In this document: piece after piece, positions 37,872-52,031 of the stretch
Position numbering within the stretch: position 1 is the stretch's first letter
Layout of the letters: each line of letters begins with the position of its first letter
NCBI RefSeq assembly: GCF_006345805.1
Contig: NC_043003.1
Span: forward strand, 97,278,001 to 97,342,000
Origin: Octopus sinensis
Taxonomy: Eukaryota
Reading direction: 5' to 3'
DNA: 64,000 nt
Notes under the pieces: model-generated
Told to the model about the DNA's origin: nothing
Databases searched by the model: none
The model's input: the letters and a program-made list of their open reading frames with translations, nothing else
Translations under genes and position numbers: made by a program

Positions 37872-38948
37872 ATACAGATATATATACAGTTTAGAAAGAT
37901 GGCATTTATGAAGACTAACCCCTTACTGCCTATATGGTATAAATTCATGGGAGATGAATACCAAGTAAGCCTGACATTGGGTGTGCTCTCTGTTGAACGG
38001 CTAATCACTGTATTGACTGAACACTGCGTATACCTCTTTGACCAATATTTCAATGGGTCCTGTTTACTGAATTAGTACCTAAGTCAAATGGAAATCAATA
38101 AGCTGGCAAAACACTTACTGAAACTAGTCCTAACCACAATTGCTCCCATTTTCATACCCATACTTATCATGAGTTAGACATGTTAATTTTCATCAACATA
38201 TAAGTAAAGACAAACACTGACTTCAAATTTGCTCTATGTCATTCTTTAGTACAGGTAAGAAAACTTAAGAAAACCACATTTTACAAAAGACAACAACAAC
38301 AATGATATTACCATAGATTTTTTTGTCATGGATATTTTTCATAGGACTTTGGCAATACTATGTATTTTTATTTACAATGATAAGTGTAAGTTTACGTTTA
38401 ATTTAACCACCATACTAGGAAATTATACAGTAAGTAAAATTTACACATGGTTCACATATATTTTACTGTTGTATAGGGCATGATAAAATGCACCCAGTAC
38501 ATGCTGAAAAGGGATTAGTGATAGCAAAAACGTCACCAGCGTTTTTTTCTTTTTTACATTTTTTTCCAAGGCAGTGTTCTACTGTCAGATGCCTTTCCTA
38601 ATGCCAACCCTTATTTGTTTCATGTTTTATTACACTGGTCTTCACACACTGAACTGCTGATGTACAGGATATATTTGTGAAACATAAAGAAATGTCACCA
38701 TTACCTAAGCATTCACAGTGAGAAGACATGCAGAGATGATGTACACAACCATAAAATTGATAATTTTCTGTTATATTAGACAACAAAGGATTATGACAAG
38801 TAGCAAGAGATTGTGCTGACCAATCCAACTTATGCAAGCATGGAAAACCGAATGTAAGCAAATAATGAGGGTTAACAACGTCTTCCACACAACTCCTATC
38901 ATGGTAGGAATGTTTTCCTGCTCTGATAAAATAATCAAGGATAATATA

Positions 38949-39180
38949 TATTTCTTTACTACCCACAGGGGGCTAAACACAGAGGAGACAAACAAGGACA
39001 GACAAAGGGATTAAGTCGATTACATCGACCCCAGTGCGTAACTGGTACTTGATTTATCGACCCCGGAAGGATGAAAGGCAAAGTCGACCTCGGCGGAATT
39101 TGAACTCGGAACGTAACGGCAGATGAAATACGGCTACGCATTTCGCCCGGCGTGCTAACGCTTCTGCCAGCTTGCCGCCT
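38949..39180 (-). mobile_element. SINE B with a perfect 17-bp TSD, about 220 bp downstream of the ZNF stop
   Basis: taatcaaggataatata at 38932-48 and 39181-97. Confidence 0.95.
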
Positions 39181-39401
39181 TAATCAAGGATAATATAACA
39201 ACACATCATGGCATTTGTAGTGAACAAATTTGAGGCACTGTAGCATGGGAACTCAATTGTTTGTTTCCAGCCAATGTTTCTCTCCACATATATTACTGGT
39301 ATCATTTTTCTTTGGTATAAATATGTATGGTAGCTTAGAGAACAATTTCTAATATATTATTAAATATAATTTACAGATAAAATTTAAGCACAGATATCAC
39401 A

Positions 39402-40430
39402 TTAGTATGATTTCTGTCCTGAATGTATTTGTTTATGGCGAAATAAATTGCTCCTTTCGGAAAATGTTTTACTACAAACATCGCAGTGGAACGGTTTTTC
39501 CCCAGTGTGAATACGTTTATGACGAAATAAATTGCTTCTTTCAGAAAATCTTTTACTACAAATATCACAGTGGTATGGTTTCTCTCCACTGTGAATATGT
39601 TTGTGGCGAAGTAAATTCCTTTTGTGAGAAAATGTCTTATCACAAATATCACAATGATATAATTTAAAACCTGTGTGAATTTGTTTATGGCAAAACATAG
39701 TGTTAAAATTAGAGAATATTTTACCACAGATATCACAGTAACATTGGTTCTGACCTGAGTGAATATGTTTGTGATTTGATAAATATTTGGAGACAGAGAA
39801 TGCTTTACCACAGATATCACACTGATATGGTTTTTCTCCAGTGTGAAGACGTCTATGGCTAGATAAACTGCTACTTTCAGTGAAAGCTTTTCCACAGACA
39901 TTGCAACGGTATGGCTTCTCACCTGTGTGAATACGAATATGGTTAGACAAATGACCGCTCTGTGAAAATGATTTACCACATACGTCACAATGGTGGGGTT
40001 TCTCACCTGTGTGAATACGTATATGGATGGATAAATTTCTAGATTCAGAAAATGCTTTACCGCAAATATTACAGTGGTGTGGCTTCACACCCGTATGAAT
40101 GCGTTTATGTCGAGAAAACGCACTACTTACAGCGAACGTTTTACCACAGATAGTACAGTGATAGGGCCTCTCACCTGTGTGAATACGTACATGCATAGAT
40201 AAAAGACTACTATGAGAAAATGTTTTACCACAAATTTCACAATCATAAAGGTTTGCACCTCTGTGAATTGATTTATGTTGGATTAACTGACTTTTGCTTT
40301 TGAATGTCTCCTCACATAAGTCACAGGAATATGATTTCTTGGGTTTTGCTTCCTTAGTTTCAGGAGAAACATCAATATTTTCAAGTTGTGTTTCATCATA
40401 GGTCTCGCTTTCACACAGTTTCTTCTCCAT
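39402..40430 (-). CDS. C2H2 zinc-finger protein, 342 aa, 11 tandem fingers in one coding exon
   Basis: ATG-initiated ORF with a 33-aa acidic leader, then 11 CxxC-x12-HxxxH units with TGEKP-type linkers. Confidence 0.92.
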   Translation of the reverse strand: MEKKLCESETYDETQLENIDVSPETKEAKPKKSYSCDLCEETFKSKSQLIQHKSIHRGANLYDCEICGKTFSHSSLLSMHVRIHTGERPYHCTICGKTFAVSSAFSRHKRIHTGVKPHHCNICGKAFSESRNLSIHIRIHTGEKPHHCDVCGKSFSQSGHLSNHIRIHTGEKPYRCNVCGKAFTESSSLSSHRRLHTGEKPYQCDICGKAFSVSKYLSNHKHIHSGQNQCYCDICGKIFSNFNTMFCHKQIHTGFKLYHCDICDKTFSHKRNLLRHKHIHSGEKPYHCDICSKRFSERSNLFRHKRIHTGEKPFHCDVCSKTFSERSNLFRHKQIHSGQKSY

Positions 40431-40510
40431 AATAAAAGTTTTGTTAATTAGACACTGCAGATTTTTTTTTTTTTTTTTGGCGTTGTAATTTACAACAAAG
40501 AAATATTTCT

Positions 40511-40727
40511 TTAACTCTTCAGCCTTCAGATTACTTTGTCAAATGTAATGCTTATTTATTCACATTGCTTTGAATTAACCGTGCTTTATCTTGTAGCTTT
40601 GAGGTTTTGGGGGATGTGATTGCATATTTTCACAATAACATTGTAGGATAGGTGTGAGAAGCCAGATCAGACATGTTTGAACATAAAACAAGTGGAAAAT
40701 TTGGGCTGGATATGGCCAAAAGGTTAA
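40511..40727. mobile_element. Degenerate piggyBac-like MITE 80 bp upstream of the ZNF ATG
   Basis: TTAA-ctctt ... aaaagg-TTAA ends. Confidence 0.5.
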
Positions 40728-41204
40728 ACATTATATTTTCCAGAACAGTGTGCCTTGTCAAAGTATGAATTTATCTCAGAGAATATTCTTCTGACTAAAG
40801 ATAAAAATGCATCAATCTATAAAGTATATGTGAACTTGCTCCAGTTCTTAACGCACACTCAGATATGAGAGACATTATACACAGGTCTGTTAAATTATCA
40901 TGATAGATTTTCTCAGTTCAATCTGGGCTCAGAACCATCAGGTAGTATATTGCCAATTAAATCATTGCAGTTAAAACCACTTGAGAAGAAATATTTCACA
41001 TTAATTTCAGTTTACAGACACAAAACCAAATGACAAGGTTAATCTTCAGTCTTTGAAATCTGGCAATTTTTTTTTTGGCTCCATATTGGGTATGAAATTC
41101 TCAAGTCAATGTTTTTAGACAACCTGAAATAGACAAATAGTATATGATATAAAAGACAATTACATGTTAATTCAGAGGTTATTAGAAAAAGGAAAAATAC
41201 TAAG

Positions 41205-41435
41205 AGTTAAATTAAAAGGGAGTAAAATAGATTGTATGATGCATGTGTACAAAATGCAATACTGTATGGTAGTGGAATATACCGTTTGAATGCAGAAGAT
41301 TTGCAATGGTTACAAAAAAAATGAAGCAAGTATGCTCTGATGCAATATGTAATATTAATATGCACAAATGTGTTGAGGGACAAAGCGGATATAAAAAGAA
41401 CTGGATGTAGTATGCAAGAGAGAAGACTGCACTTG
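41205..41435 (+). mobile_element. Old RTE LINE fragment related to the 55-59 kb element
   Basis: RLYDACVQNAILYGS...AEDL...NEASML...MQERRL aligns with the C-terminus of the large ORF. Confidence 0.75.
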
Positions 41436-41476
41436 TTCATATTTCTAATCAATCTCTTTGCTAGAAATTATCATGT

Positions 41477-41537
<61 letters not shown>

Positions 41538-43264
41538 AATTACTCTCTTAACACCCAATTTGCACCAACCCCTCTGACACACAGTTTCTGTAATTTTTCA
41601 AGTGTGGCTTTCTTCCAAAACTTCTTAAACAGCTGAAATTAAGATTCTTAAAAGAAAAACTCAAAATTTATTGGATGTCCATCTGAAATAGGATTCACCA
41701 TCTGAAATAGGACCTTTTTTTTATTTTTATTTTTCACCAAAATGAAAAATAATCAATCCAGTACACTGAACAGATGTACAGAGATATTATATTTGATTAT
41801 TTCTTTTTCTTATACAACTTATTTCAAGTTGATCTTTTTTTTTTCCCCTTATCCTGAAACATCAAGGTTTTTAAATTTTTAAATGAGCAAATTTAAATTT
41901 AAATTTTGAAAATCCACTAAATAACTGAATTTATGAAATTATTTTTACATAATCACAGTCTCTAATGTTTAAAAAATGTAAATTTGAAAAAATGGCAAAA
42001 TGATAAAGGTTAAGTTACAGAATGGGGGAGAGGGGACAAATTTTAAAAAAAGGGGAAAAGAATTAAATTTTTGTTTGTTTTTTTAAATCATTTCAGATAT
42101 TCCAAACATTAATCTGAAAAACATAATTTTGACAGAAGGCTGAAAAATTACAGAAATTAAAACAGAAGGGGAAATTGGAGATAGGAGTTGACCCTTTTTT
42201 TTTTCATTTTTGTTTTTTTTATCTGCCTTGCATAATCTTAATTTATGATGCTTTAAATTAAACATCAGAAAACTTATGAACCTTAGTGCACAAAGTAATT
42301 CTTAATTTTTGCCAATAGGAATGCTAGATATTTGTATTGAAAGATCACTCAACAGGCTTCTGCAGTTTCTATCTATAAGATTCTACTCATGAGTCTTCCA
42401 AACCAGAGACTCCATGGTTGCCATGCACCTACGGAACAACTCCAACCCACAAAAACTATATCACTCATCTTTTACACCAGCAGTCCCCAGCATTTTTTAC
42501 ATCTCAAACCAGTTTCATGCAAGACAATTTTTCCACAGACTGGAGTATCATGCACGTAACATAAGACAGTTAAGTGCATAATATACAACTTAATTATTAC
42601 ACAGGTAGCAGGGATTTGAACCATAACCACTAGATACTCAGACATCACAAATGAGCCACAGTTTCATGTGATTGATCTATAAATCGACCAACCAGCATGA
42701 AGCTGTGGTGTGATATGGTTTACTCAGACGTTCTAAAATTTAACCCCTTTTCACCTTAAGATACAGTCTGGAGCTTAACTCATTGCAGAGTACTGAGAGC
42801 AACTGATTGAGTCACACATCTCACCTCTTGCCAAGCAGACAACCTCCAGCACTCAAGCAGGCAGCTTTGGACTTTTGTGCAAACAACTCCTTACTCAGAC
42901 AGACCGATTCTGGACATACACATGATATCCCACAAGTAGCTTCTACAGACATGGCATGGATTTTCTCTCTTCCCAGTCGTCAATTACGTTATTAATATTT
43001 TCATATTATTAATATAGCCAAACAATATATCAGTTGGCAATTGTATTATTAACATCTTTCATAGTAAATAGCTAACACCAACTGCATCTGCCAATAAATA
43101 TTAAAATTGTGGGTTTGCTTCAATAATTATTCACACAGTCAATGATATTCCACACATACCCTACAACATGGTAATGAAGCTATCCATGACAATTCAGATG
43201 TTTAAAATATACCATACTTAACCAGCTCAATACAAGCACACAAGTAAATCTAGGGCACATGTAT

Positions 43265-43730
43265 ATCATCATCATCGTTTAGCGTCCGCTTTCCATGCTA
43301 GCATGGGTTGGACAGTTCAACTGGGGTCTGGGAAGCCAGAAGGCTGCACCAGGCCCAGTCTGATCTGGCAATGTTTCTACGGCTGGATGCCCTTCTTAAC
43401 GCCAACCACTCCATGAGTGTAGTGGGTGCTTTTTACGTGTCACCGGCACAGGTGCCAGACGAGGCTGGCAAATGGCCATGATCGGATGGTGCTTTTTACG
43501 TGCCAGTGGCACGGAGGCCAGGTGAGGCTGGCAACGGCCACGATCGGATGGTGCTTTTTATGTGCCACCAGCACAGAGGCCAGTCGGGGTGGCGCTGGCA
43601 ACAGTCACAATCGGATGGTTCTCTTATGTGCCACCAGCACTGGTATCACAACTACAATTTCCATTGATGTTGATCGATTTCGATTTTGATTTGGATTTTG
43701 GATTATCACTTGCCTCAACAGGTCTTCACA
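43265..43730 (-). mobile_element. 5'-truncated copy (3' UTR) of the RTE-PHD LINE
   Basis: Matches 55154-55700 including the (GAT)n tail. Confidence 0.9.
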
Positions 43731-44018
43731 TGGTGAATACATATGTACTGATAGAGAATTAAGTTTGGAATCAGCCAAATTGAGCAGTCCCTATTGATGA
43801 GGCTATGGAATTAGCCAACACTGACCAGTGAGTATAGAGAATTTCTCAACTGGTGTTTTCAGGTGATACAATTACGTGCTTTAACTACAGCATTAGAGCT
43901 TTTTAGCTCTTATTTCTAGCAATGTTCTAACACCCTAGTCATATTTAGAGACAATTATAGTTTACCTTTTTGGTAACACATTGCACATGGGTATCTATAT
44001 TAATTTTTTATATATTTA

Positions 44019-44545
44019 GGCGCGGGCATGGATGTGTGGTAAGAAGCTGGCTTCCCAAGCCACATGGTTCCAGGTTCAGTCCCACTGTGTAGCACCTTGG
44101 GCAAGTGTCTTCTACTATATCCTCAGGCCAAATTGAAAGAAGCCCGTCGTGTGTGTGTGTGTATATATATATCATCATCATCATCATCATTTAGCATCCG
44201 CTTTCCATGCTAGCATGGGTTGGACAGTTCAACTGGGCTCTGGGAAGCCAGAAGGCTGCACCAGGCCCAGTCTGATCTGGCAATGTTTCTACGGCTGGAT
44301 GCCCTTCCTAACGCCAACCACTCCGTATATATATATACGTGTGTGTTTGTATTTGTCGCATCGCCATCGCTTGACAACCGATGCTGGTGTATTTATGTCC
44401 CCATATTCTAACAATTTGGCAAACGACACCAATGAAATAAGTAATAGACTTAGAAAGAATAAGTCCTGAGGTCGATTTTTTTCAACTAAAACCCTTTAAG
44501 TCAGTGCTCCAGCATGGCCGCAGTCAAATGACTGAAACAAATAAA
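44019..44545 (+). mobile_element. SINE A with a nested LINE tail (44172-44325, minus) in its TA linker
   Basis: The LINE piece is flanked by gtatatatatat on both sides. Confidence 0.85.
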
Positions 44546-44623
44546 AGAAGAATAAAAGAATATTTTAAAGGTTTGTAGGTACGTGGCACTTTGTTATGCA
44601 AACACAATATACTATGAAGTATA

Positions 44624-44852
44624 TATTTCTTTACTGCCCACAAGGGGCTAAACATAGAGGGGACGAACAAGGACAGACAAAGGGATTGTCGATTACATCG
44701 ACCCAGTGCAAAACTGGTACTTTATTTATCGACCCCGAGAGGATGAAGGGCAAAGTCAACCTCGGCGGAATTTGAACTCGGAACGTAACGACAGACGAAA
44801 TACGGCTACACATTTCACCCGACGTGCTAACGTTTGTGCCAGCTCACCACCC
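44624..44852 (-). mobile_element. SINE B
   Basis: 9-bp TSD tgaagtata at 44615-23 and 44853-61. Confidence 0.88.
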
Positions 44853-45199
44853 TGAAGTATACTAAATGTTTTTATAAGTCAGTACCACATCCCACTGTAT
44901 CAGCAGTGCTTGTTACATTATTTATAAGGTTGCTTCTACAGATATTCCATAGAAACTACAGCCAGCACTGATGGCTATAGTGTTGGCGTTTACGTCCCTG
45001 TAACTTAGCAGTTAGACCGATATAATAAGTAAAAGGCTTACAAAAAGTAAGTACTGGAGTCAATTTATTCGACTGAAAAAATTTAAGGTGGTTATCCCAG
45101 CATGGTAGCGGTCTAATGTGAAAGATATAAGATTTTGTGTGACTTGGTCTGAGGCCCAGGTGTTGGGTAAGCCCTGCCTTACACGACTACTCTTCTTTC

Positions 45200-45656
45200 A
45201 CTCTTTAACTTGTTTCAGTCATTTTGACTGTGGCCATGCTGGAGCACCGCCTTTAGTCGAGCAAATCGATCCCAGGACTTATTCTTTGTAAGCCTAGTAC
45301 TTATTCTATCGGTCTCTTTTGCCGAACCGCTAAGTAACGGGGACATAAACACACCTGCATCGGTTGTCAAGCGATGTTGTGGGGACAAACACATACACAC
45401 AAACATACACACACACACACATATATATATACATATATACGACGGGCTTCTTTCAGTTTCCGTCTACCAAATCCACTCACAAGGCTTTGGTCGGCCCGAG
45501 GCTATAGTAGAAGACACTTGCCCAAGGTCCGAAATTTCGGTGGAGGGAGCCAGTTGAAAGGATGAAAGGCAAAGTCGACCTAGGTGGAATTTGAACTCGG
45601 AACGTAATGACAGATGAAATACCGGCGTGCTAACGTTTCTGCCAGCTCGCCGCCTT
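45200..45656 (-). mobile_element. Adjacent truncated SINE A (45200-45528) and SINE B head (about 45558-45656)
   Basis: Family consensus matches. Confidence 0.85.
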
Positions 45657-48196
45657 ACAACAACTACTTATTTATTGTCATCCTTAAATAAAACGTAATT
45701 CTTTCACCGTTCACTTCAGTTCTGTTACATTTCTTGTCCCCTCTCACACACCAACTTAATACAAATTATGTAGCTGCCGATATTTGACGCTCCTTCGGTT
45801 TCATATCCTCCACATGAACTAGCAAGTTGCAGTAAGAAACAAACACACTCAACCGTCTGCAATGAAATTTATTTCTGTGGATATGACGGCTATCTAACAT
45901 GTTGGGCGACGGAATTTAATTTTTACGGTGCATGCCGCCGTTATTTCGAGCATTAAAGGAATAACTTCAGATATGGTACCCCCAATATCAACTTTTTGTT
46001 TCAGCAATCGTAAAGAATAACTACGTATTTATTTACGCATTTTCTACGCATTTACGAGAAAATTTATAAACGAATAATAAGTAACAACATGCTACATTCA
46101 CCCAATTTACAAAGAAATCATCATTTTACAATAAAGATTAATTAAACCAAGTTGATTACCGTTTTATGATATATTTTACTGACATCAACAGTGCAACTTG
46201 GAATTTTTGTAGACATTTGGAGATTCCACTCATGTAAGTAACAGTTTATGAGCTGAAGGGAGTGCCTGTGATTACGAAGTGTAATTAAACGTTATATGGG
46301 TTTTTTTTTATAAGCAATTAAACACCATATTTGAAAATTTTTGTAGATATTTGAAGATTTTAGTTTCTTATACATATATATATATATTTACATACAAAAT
46401 TTAAAGGACTGACCACTAAAAGTGGACGGTCAACATGCTAGATATAGACGTCAAAATCGCTATTTTCCACAAAGAATGTATTCTCAAATTTAAAAAAACT
46501 CAGCACAAACCAAAGCATTGGTTTTAATTGATTAATATCAATTTCTACCCTTATTAAATTTTATATATATATATATGCTCAGTAGTGCATGTTACCAGAA
46601 TTATCCGACACGGGTCCAGTGGAACAAACCACTCCAAATGCTTGTTAGAGTCTCCGTCTAAACAAAGTAAGGACAGGATAACTTGTTTTGGCTTGGAGTG
46701 GTATAACATAACAATAATGTCAAACCACAAATACACACAAACACATTCAGAGTGACCTCTCTTGTGGTACGAAACTGAAGGGGCACCCGATGTTTTCCTA
46801 CTGTAATTACATTAAAAGACAAAGATGCTTCATTTGAACAGAAATGATCGTCTTCAACTTGAAGATTTAAAAGCAAATCAACTTACCTTTTCTCATCATA
46901 GAGAAGCTGATTCACTGAAAGAACCTACTTCTTTGTTGATATACACAACATTTCAGACACAGCACGAAACTAAATGATAATGCAGATTTAACTAATGAAG
47001 AGGAGCCTTGCTTTCGTAAAAATCTATCTCAGTCACAGTTTGAGTATTTAAAATTCGGTGATTATTTTTTAACAATGGTTTATGTCATTCAATATTTAAA
47101 AAAGGACTTCAATTTATTTATATGACACTGATGGATGTTAATATTGTTTACATAACAACAAAACTCTAATATGAGACACGGGAGATCGCTTCAAAAGACC
47201 GAAGCTCGGTAGTTTGTTGTGGAACTGACACTCTTACAGAAATCAATCAGATTTTGCAATTTTGTAACAGAGAAAGTCGAAAATTAATTTTATGCTGATT
47301 CAGTAATTAATTTGGAAGAATTCGCGAACTTAGATAAGGTCAATTACCGCATGTTAAATATTTCTGGCATTGCTCTTGAACGGAAAATAATAAACAAAAA
47401 AACCCAAATAGTTGCTGACTTCGTAGTAAATGAAGTGTGAGGGTGACAGTGAAAGTGGTAGTATGAAATAAAGAGGGATTGGAACAAGGGGATGTGTGAG
47501 AGAAGTTCACCATAAGAAGACGGAGACGGAATGAGTAAAAAAAACAAGCAGGAAGTGGGGAAAACCTATTATTAGTAAAATCTCCGAAAAATCATATATC
47601 TCCTAAAAAGAATTTGACGGATGAAGCGTGTTGAAAGGTCAACGCACGAAAAGACTACGGAACACACGTAGACAATTGCTGTGAAAAGTGCATTGACACA
47701 ATTACATGTCATCTTAAAAACATCCACTAATATAATGTGTACACACATGCAGATAGGTTTGCAAACAGGAATTTCAGAAACTTGTAAACGGATTCACAGA
47801 AGTCAAAGTCGAAATCTGAGAGGGATTATGATGGGAGAAGCGTGGGGATGTATGCAAGAGAGAGAATTAGAGGAGGTTGAGGCAGGGCCAACTTAGCATC
47901 ATTATAGGCCTCTGGTCAGATCAATGCACTGGGCTCAATGGTATTTATTGATAGCAAGCCACAGTATGCATAGATCAGAGCTGAACTCCTTGACCTGTGA
48001 GGCCCCTGGGCAAAGCTCAGTATCCCTATGCCTTAAAATGGAACAGAGCTGAAGTTGATTTTTCATACCGTAAACAGTAGCAGTTCTCAGGTTGAAAACG
48101 AAACAATTCTTCCTTAGTGGTCAAGTATCTTTAAAACGGTTGTTATGACTGTATGTCAACTTCATAATGCAAAAGATACACTTGCTTTGTGCTACA

Positions 48197-48595
48197 TCTT
48201 TTATTCTTTTACTTGTTTCAGTCATTTGACTGCGGCTATGCTGGAGCACCGCCTTTAGTCGAGCAACTCGACCCCGGGACTTATTCTTTTGTAAGCCCAG
48301 TACTTATTCTATCGGTCTCTTTTGCCGAACCGCTAAGTAACGGGGACATAATCACACCAGCATCAGTTGTCAAGCAATGCTAGGGGACAAACACAGACAC
48401 ACAAATACACACTCGCATACATATATATACGATAGGCTTCTTTCAGTTTCCGTCTACCAAATCCACTCACAAGGCTTTGGTCGGCCCGAGGCTATAGTAG
48501 AAGACACTTGCCCAAGGTGCCACGCAGTGGGACTGAACCCGCAACCATGTGGTTGGTAGACAAGCTACTTACCACACAGCCACTCCTGCGCCTAT
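48197..48595 (-). mobile_element. SINE A, full length
   Basis: Family consensus match. Confidence 0.92.
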
Positions 48596-50215
48596 GATTG
48601 TTAACCAATTCCGATAATTTTTAATTCTATTCAAGGAGTTATCAAGAAGTTCCAAGACTAAGAGTCAAAAACTACATGAGTACTCTAGTAATTAATGTTG
48701 AATATCTGTTTTCTCATGAAGCTCAAACCATATATCAAGATGCTATCATTTTTGAGTATCAAGAGCCAAGATACAAGTTTTGCAACACTGCATGTTTTAG
48801 GTTTCCTGAGAATATCCTGAGAGACAGTTTAACTAATTCCAGTGGCGTGAGGGAGCTGATGTATTTGAGAACAATTCTCATAGACAAATTCACAAATTTT
48901 TCTACATTTTCTGGCATTATTCTTGTGCTTGATGTCTCTGAGTGAACCAATCCTCATGAACCAATCCTCAACAAACCTTGAAAGGTGTGTGCCACTCAAG
49001 AACTTATGTACAGCTTAAAGAATGCCCACCAACAGGCTGACAATGCATTGTTGATAGTGTAGGAAACATATTTAATAAGTTTCATGCAAAATTCAATGCA
49101 AACACTTTGCTTGAATTTGCCATCATAAAAGGCATTGAGCAAACACAACCTTCTGTGATAATTCTGGAGAAAGTATGAAGCTTACTCGTACTAACTCAAT
49201 AGCCTGGTAACTAATCATTGATAGCCGCACATGCATTTCTGTTAAACAAAACATTCATAGCATGGGTCATACAGATAATACCTTGTATAAGAATATCTAT
49301 GTAGCATTACCTTAAAACAAATTTTGAGTGTTTTAAAATCTCTAGAGAACATATAAGCCTCACAAGTAAAAGACCATGATTGTGACTTAACTAATTCATT
49401 CTGCCTTGGTACAGTCAGAAAATGCTCTTTTTAACTGCTGAAATCATAAACATTTTGAGGGCAGCTACATATCAATATTCATTCAAAAACATTGTAAATG
49501 TACGTGAGTATTCATATGTAGCTGACCTCAGATATAAACTCAGATTTTCATTACATTGTTTCATTTAACATAATGAAATGAACTCGACATCAGATGCATG
49601 TTATGGTAAATTTTCAAATTTAGATAACTTACCATAGGTGCAAGCATGGCTGTATGGTAAGAAGCTTGCTTCCCAACCACATGGGTCAAGGTTCAGTCCC
49701 ACTGTGTGGCACCTTTGACAAGTGCCTTCTACAATATACTCAGGCTAGCCAAAGCCTTGTGAGGTCATTTGTTTCTTACAAAGTATAAATGACTCCCATC
49801 TGCTATGAGGTATGCATCTACTAAATGTTGTTGAAAAAGTTTTCATCTGTGAATGACACTGAAGCCACCTCTATTACTGTTGCATCATTACTTTATTTCA
49901 AACATGAGTTCATTGCCCTTCAAAGTACTACATCATTATGTCAACCAATCTCACCATTAGGAAATAAGAGGTCACATCGGGTCAAGAGGGTAAGATCATT
50001 ATAAGATCTTGATTGGTATTATATTTCTTGAATGAATCACAATGCCTTTATTTACTTGAGGGGCTCCCTTTTCACCAAGAAATACAGACATCATACCATT
50101 ACCAGTAGGAAAATTGTACCACTTGCTGCCAGGACCTTATCTGAAGTGCAGTTCATATTTACAAAGAGATGAATTTTTCTGAATGCATGTGACTGTTTCT
50201 GTTACTTTACCATAT

Positions 50216-50631
50216 ACTCTTTTACTCTTTTACTAGTTTCAGTCATTTGACTGTGGCCATGCTGGAGCACCACCTTTAGTCGAGCAAATCGACCCCAGGA
50301 CTTATTCTTTGTAAGCCTAGTACTTATTCTATCGGTCACTTTTACCGAACCGCTAAGTTACGGAGACGTAAATACACCAGCATCAGTTGTCAAGTGATGT
50401 TGGGGGGACAAACACAGACACAAACATACACACACACATACACATATATATATATACACACATATACGACGGGCTTCTTTCAGTTTCTGTCTACCAAATC
50501 CACTCACAAGGCTTTGGTCGGCATGAGGCTATAGTAGAAGACACTTGCCCAAAGTGCCATGCAGTGGGACTGAACCTGGAACCATGTGGTTGGTAAGCAA
50601 GCTGCTTACCACACAGCTACTCCTACGCCTA
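50216..50631 (-). mobile_element. SINE A, full length
   Basis: Family consensus match. Confidence 0.92.
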
Positions 50632-51039
50632 TGCCGTTTTTTTCTTCTTTTTTTTGCATAATATAGTTTATGGTCTGTGATAAATTATAGTATCTTGTGT
50701 TCATCACATTAGCAAACATTTCAAATTTTGAGGTGGTTCTTTCTATCTGGTATTGTAAAACTTTGTTAATGTCAATAATATAAAGATTGCATTTTGACCA
50801 TGCCTACATGTGGAGACTAAGTTAAAGTAACTCTGGCAATTTGCTCTGTTTGAGAAGACATCACATACCTACCATACCCACCCACACCCCGCACCCAGCC
50901 ACTTTCAATTCCTCTCACCATCACTTGCCACATATCTACCATATCCCCCTCCCAACCAATTTAATTTCTTTCACCATCACTTGCTTTCTCTTCTATCTCT
51001 AAATATCTCCCCTCACACTCCCATGGAACATCTCCCTCT

Positions 51040-51327
51040 ATCCCCTCTTTACTACTAATGTAGTACCTTGTGAAAGGTAGGAGAGTCCAGTTTGCTGGAC
51101 ATTGTTGTAGAGCTGAAAACGAGGCATTTTCTACTCTTCTCCTCTGGAAGCCATCTACTCGCAATACCAGCGGGTGCACACTCTCCTACCCTGATGTAAT
51201 CTCCAGGGATACAGGCATCCAGCAACAGGACCTCAGTAATGCTATGATGGACCATGAAGTCTGGCGTAGCATGGTAAGTCCCATTGTCTCGACCACGGTC
51301 GAACAATGATGATGATGATGATGATGA
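51040..51327 (+). mobile_element. 3' end of a second RTE-like LINE family
   Basis: RRVQFAGHCCRAENE...LLLWKP...YPDVISRDTG...AMMDHEVWR followed by a (TGA)n tail. Confidence 0.8.
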
Positions 51328-51559
51328 CTACTAATACTAACTCCCCTCTCATTTCCTGTGGGCAGCCCTTCTCTCTCTCACTTTGTCTCTCTATCTTTCT
51401 CTTTAACTCTCTCCTACTTTCTTCTCCTTCCTTATCCTACTGAGGTAGCCAAGTATCTCCTTGATAGTAAAAGGGCTACCTCTGTCCCTCTATCATACTC
51501 TGATCTCTTAGTTCTACTCCATCTCTCACCTGAGAGGTCTTTGTCTTGTGAGCTCACCG

Positions 51560-51900
51560 CTGCTGATGCCACATAAAACAAACCCATGGTGGTTTCACAT
51601 GAAAAAAACACCTGTGATGGTGCAACATAAAAAGCACTTGCGTGAGTGCCAGGTAAAAAGCACTCATGTTGATGTCATGCACAAAACACCTATGCTGGTG
51701 CCACATATAAAGCACAGGTGCTGGTGCCACATAAAAAGCACCCAGTACACTCTGTAAAACTGCTGGCATTAGGAAGAGCATCCAGCTATGGAAACCATAC
51801 CAAACAGACAATTGGTGCCTGGTGCAGCTCTCCAGCTTGCCAGCTCATCAAACTATCCAACCCATGCCAGCATGGAAAATGGGCATTAAATGATGAAGAT
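51560..51900 (+). mobile_element. Diverged 3' fragment of the RTE-PHD LINE family
   Basis: gtgccacataaaaagcacc repeats and the gccagcatggaaaa...ttaaatgatga end. Confidence 0.75.
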
Positions 51901-52031
51901 AAAAGGCAGTATCACCTGTGTGGGTATATATACGGTTAAAAGTAACAGCAAGATCACTAATATACTCATTGCAACATTAGAGACACGATCAAATATTATG
52001 GTGGTGGTGCTAGTGATGGTAGCTGTGTAAT

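Noticed and set aside
39371-40006. Overlapping 211-aa ORF at the ZNF locus
   Set aside because: Alternative frame of the finger repeats, with no independent features.
48950-50160. Additional mariner-like scraps (also a hAT-like end near 42480-42545)
   Set aside because: Too decayed to delimit or translate convincingly.
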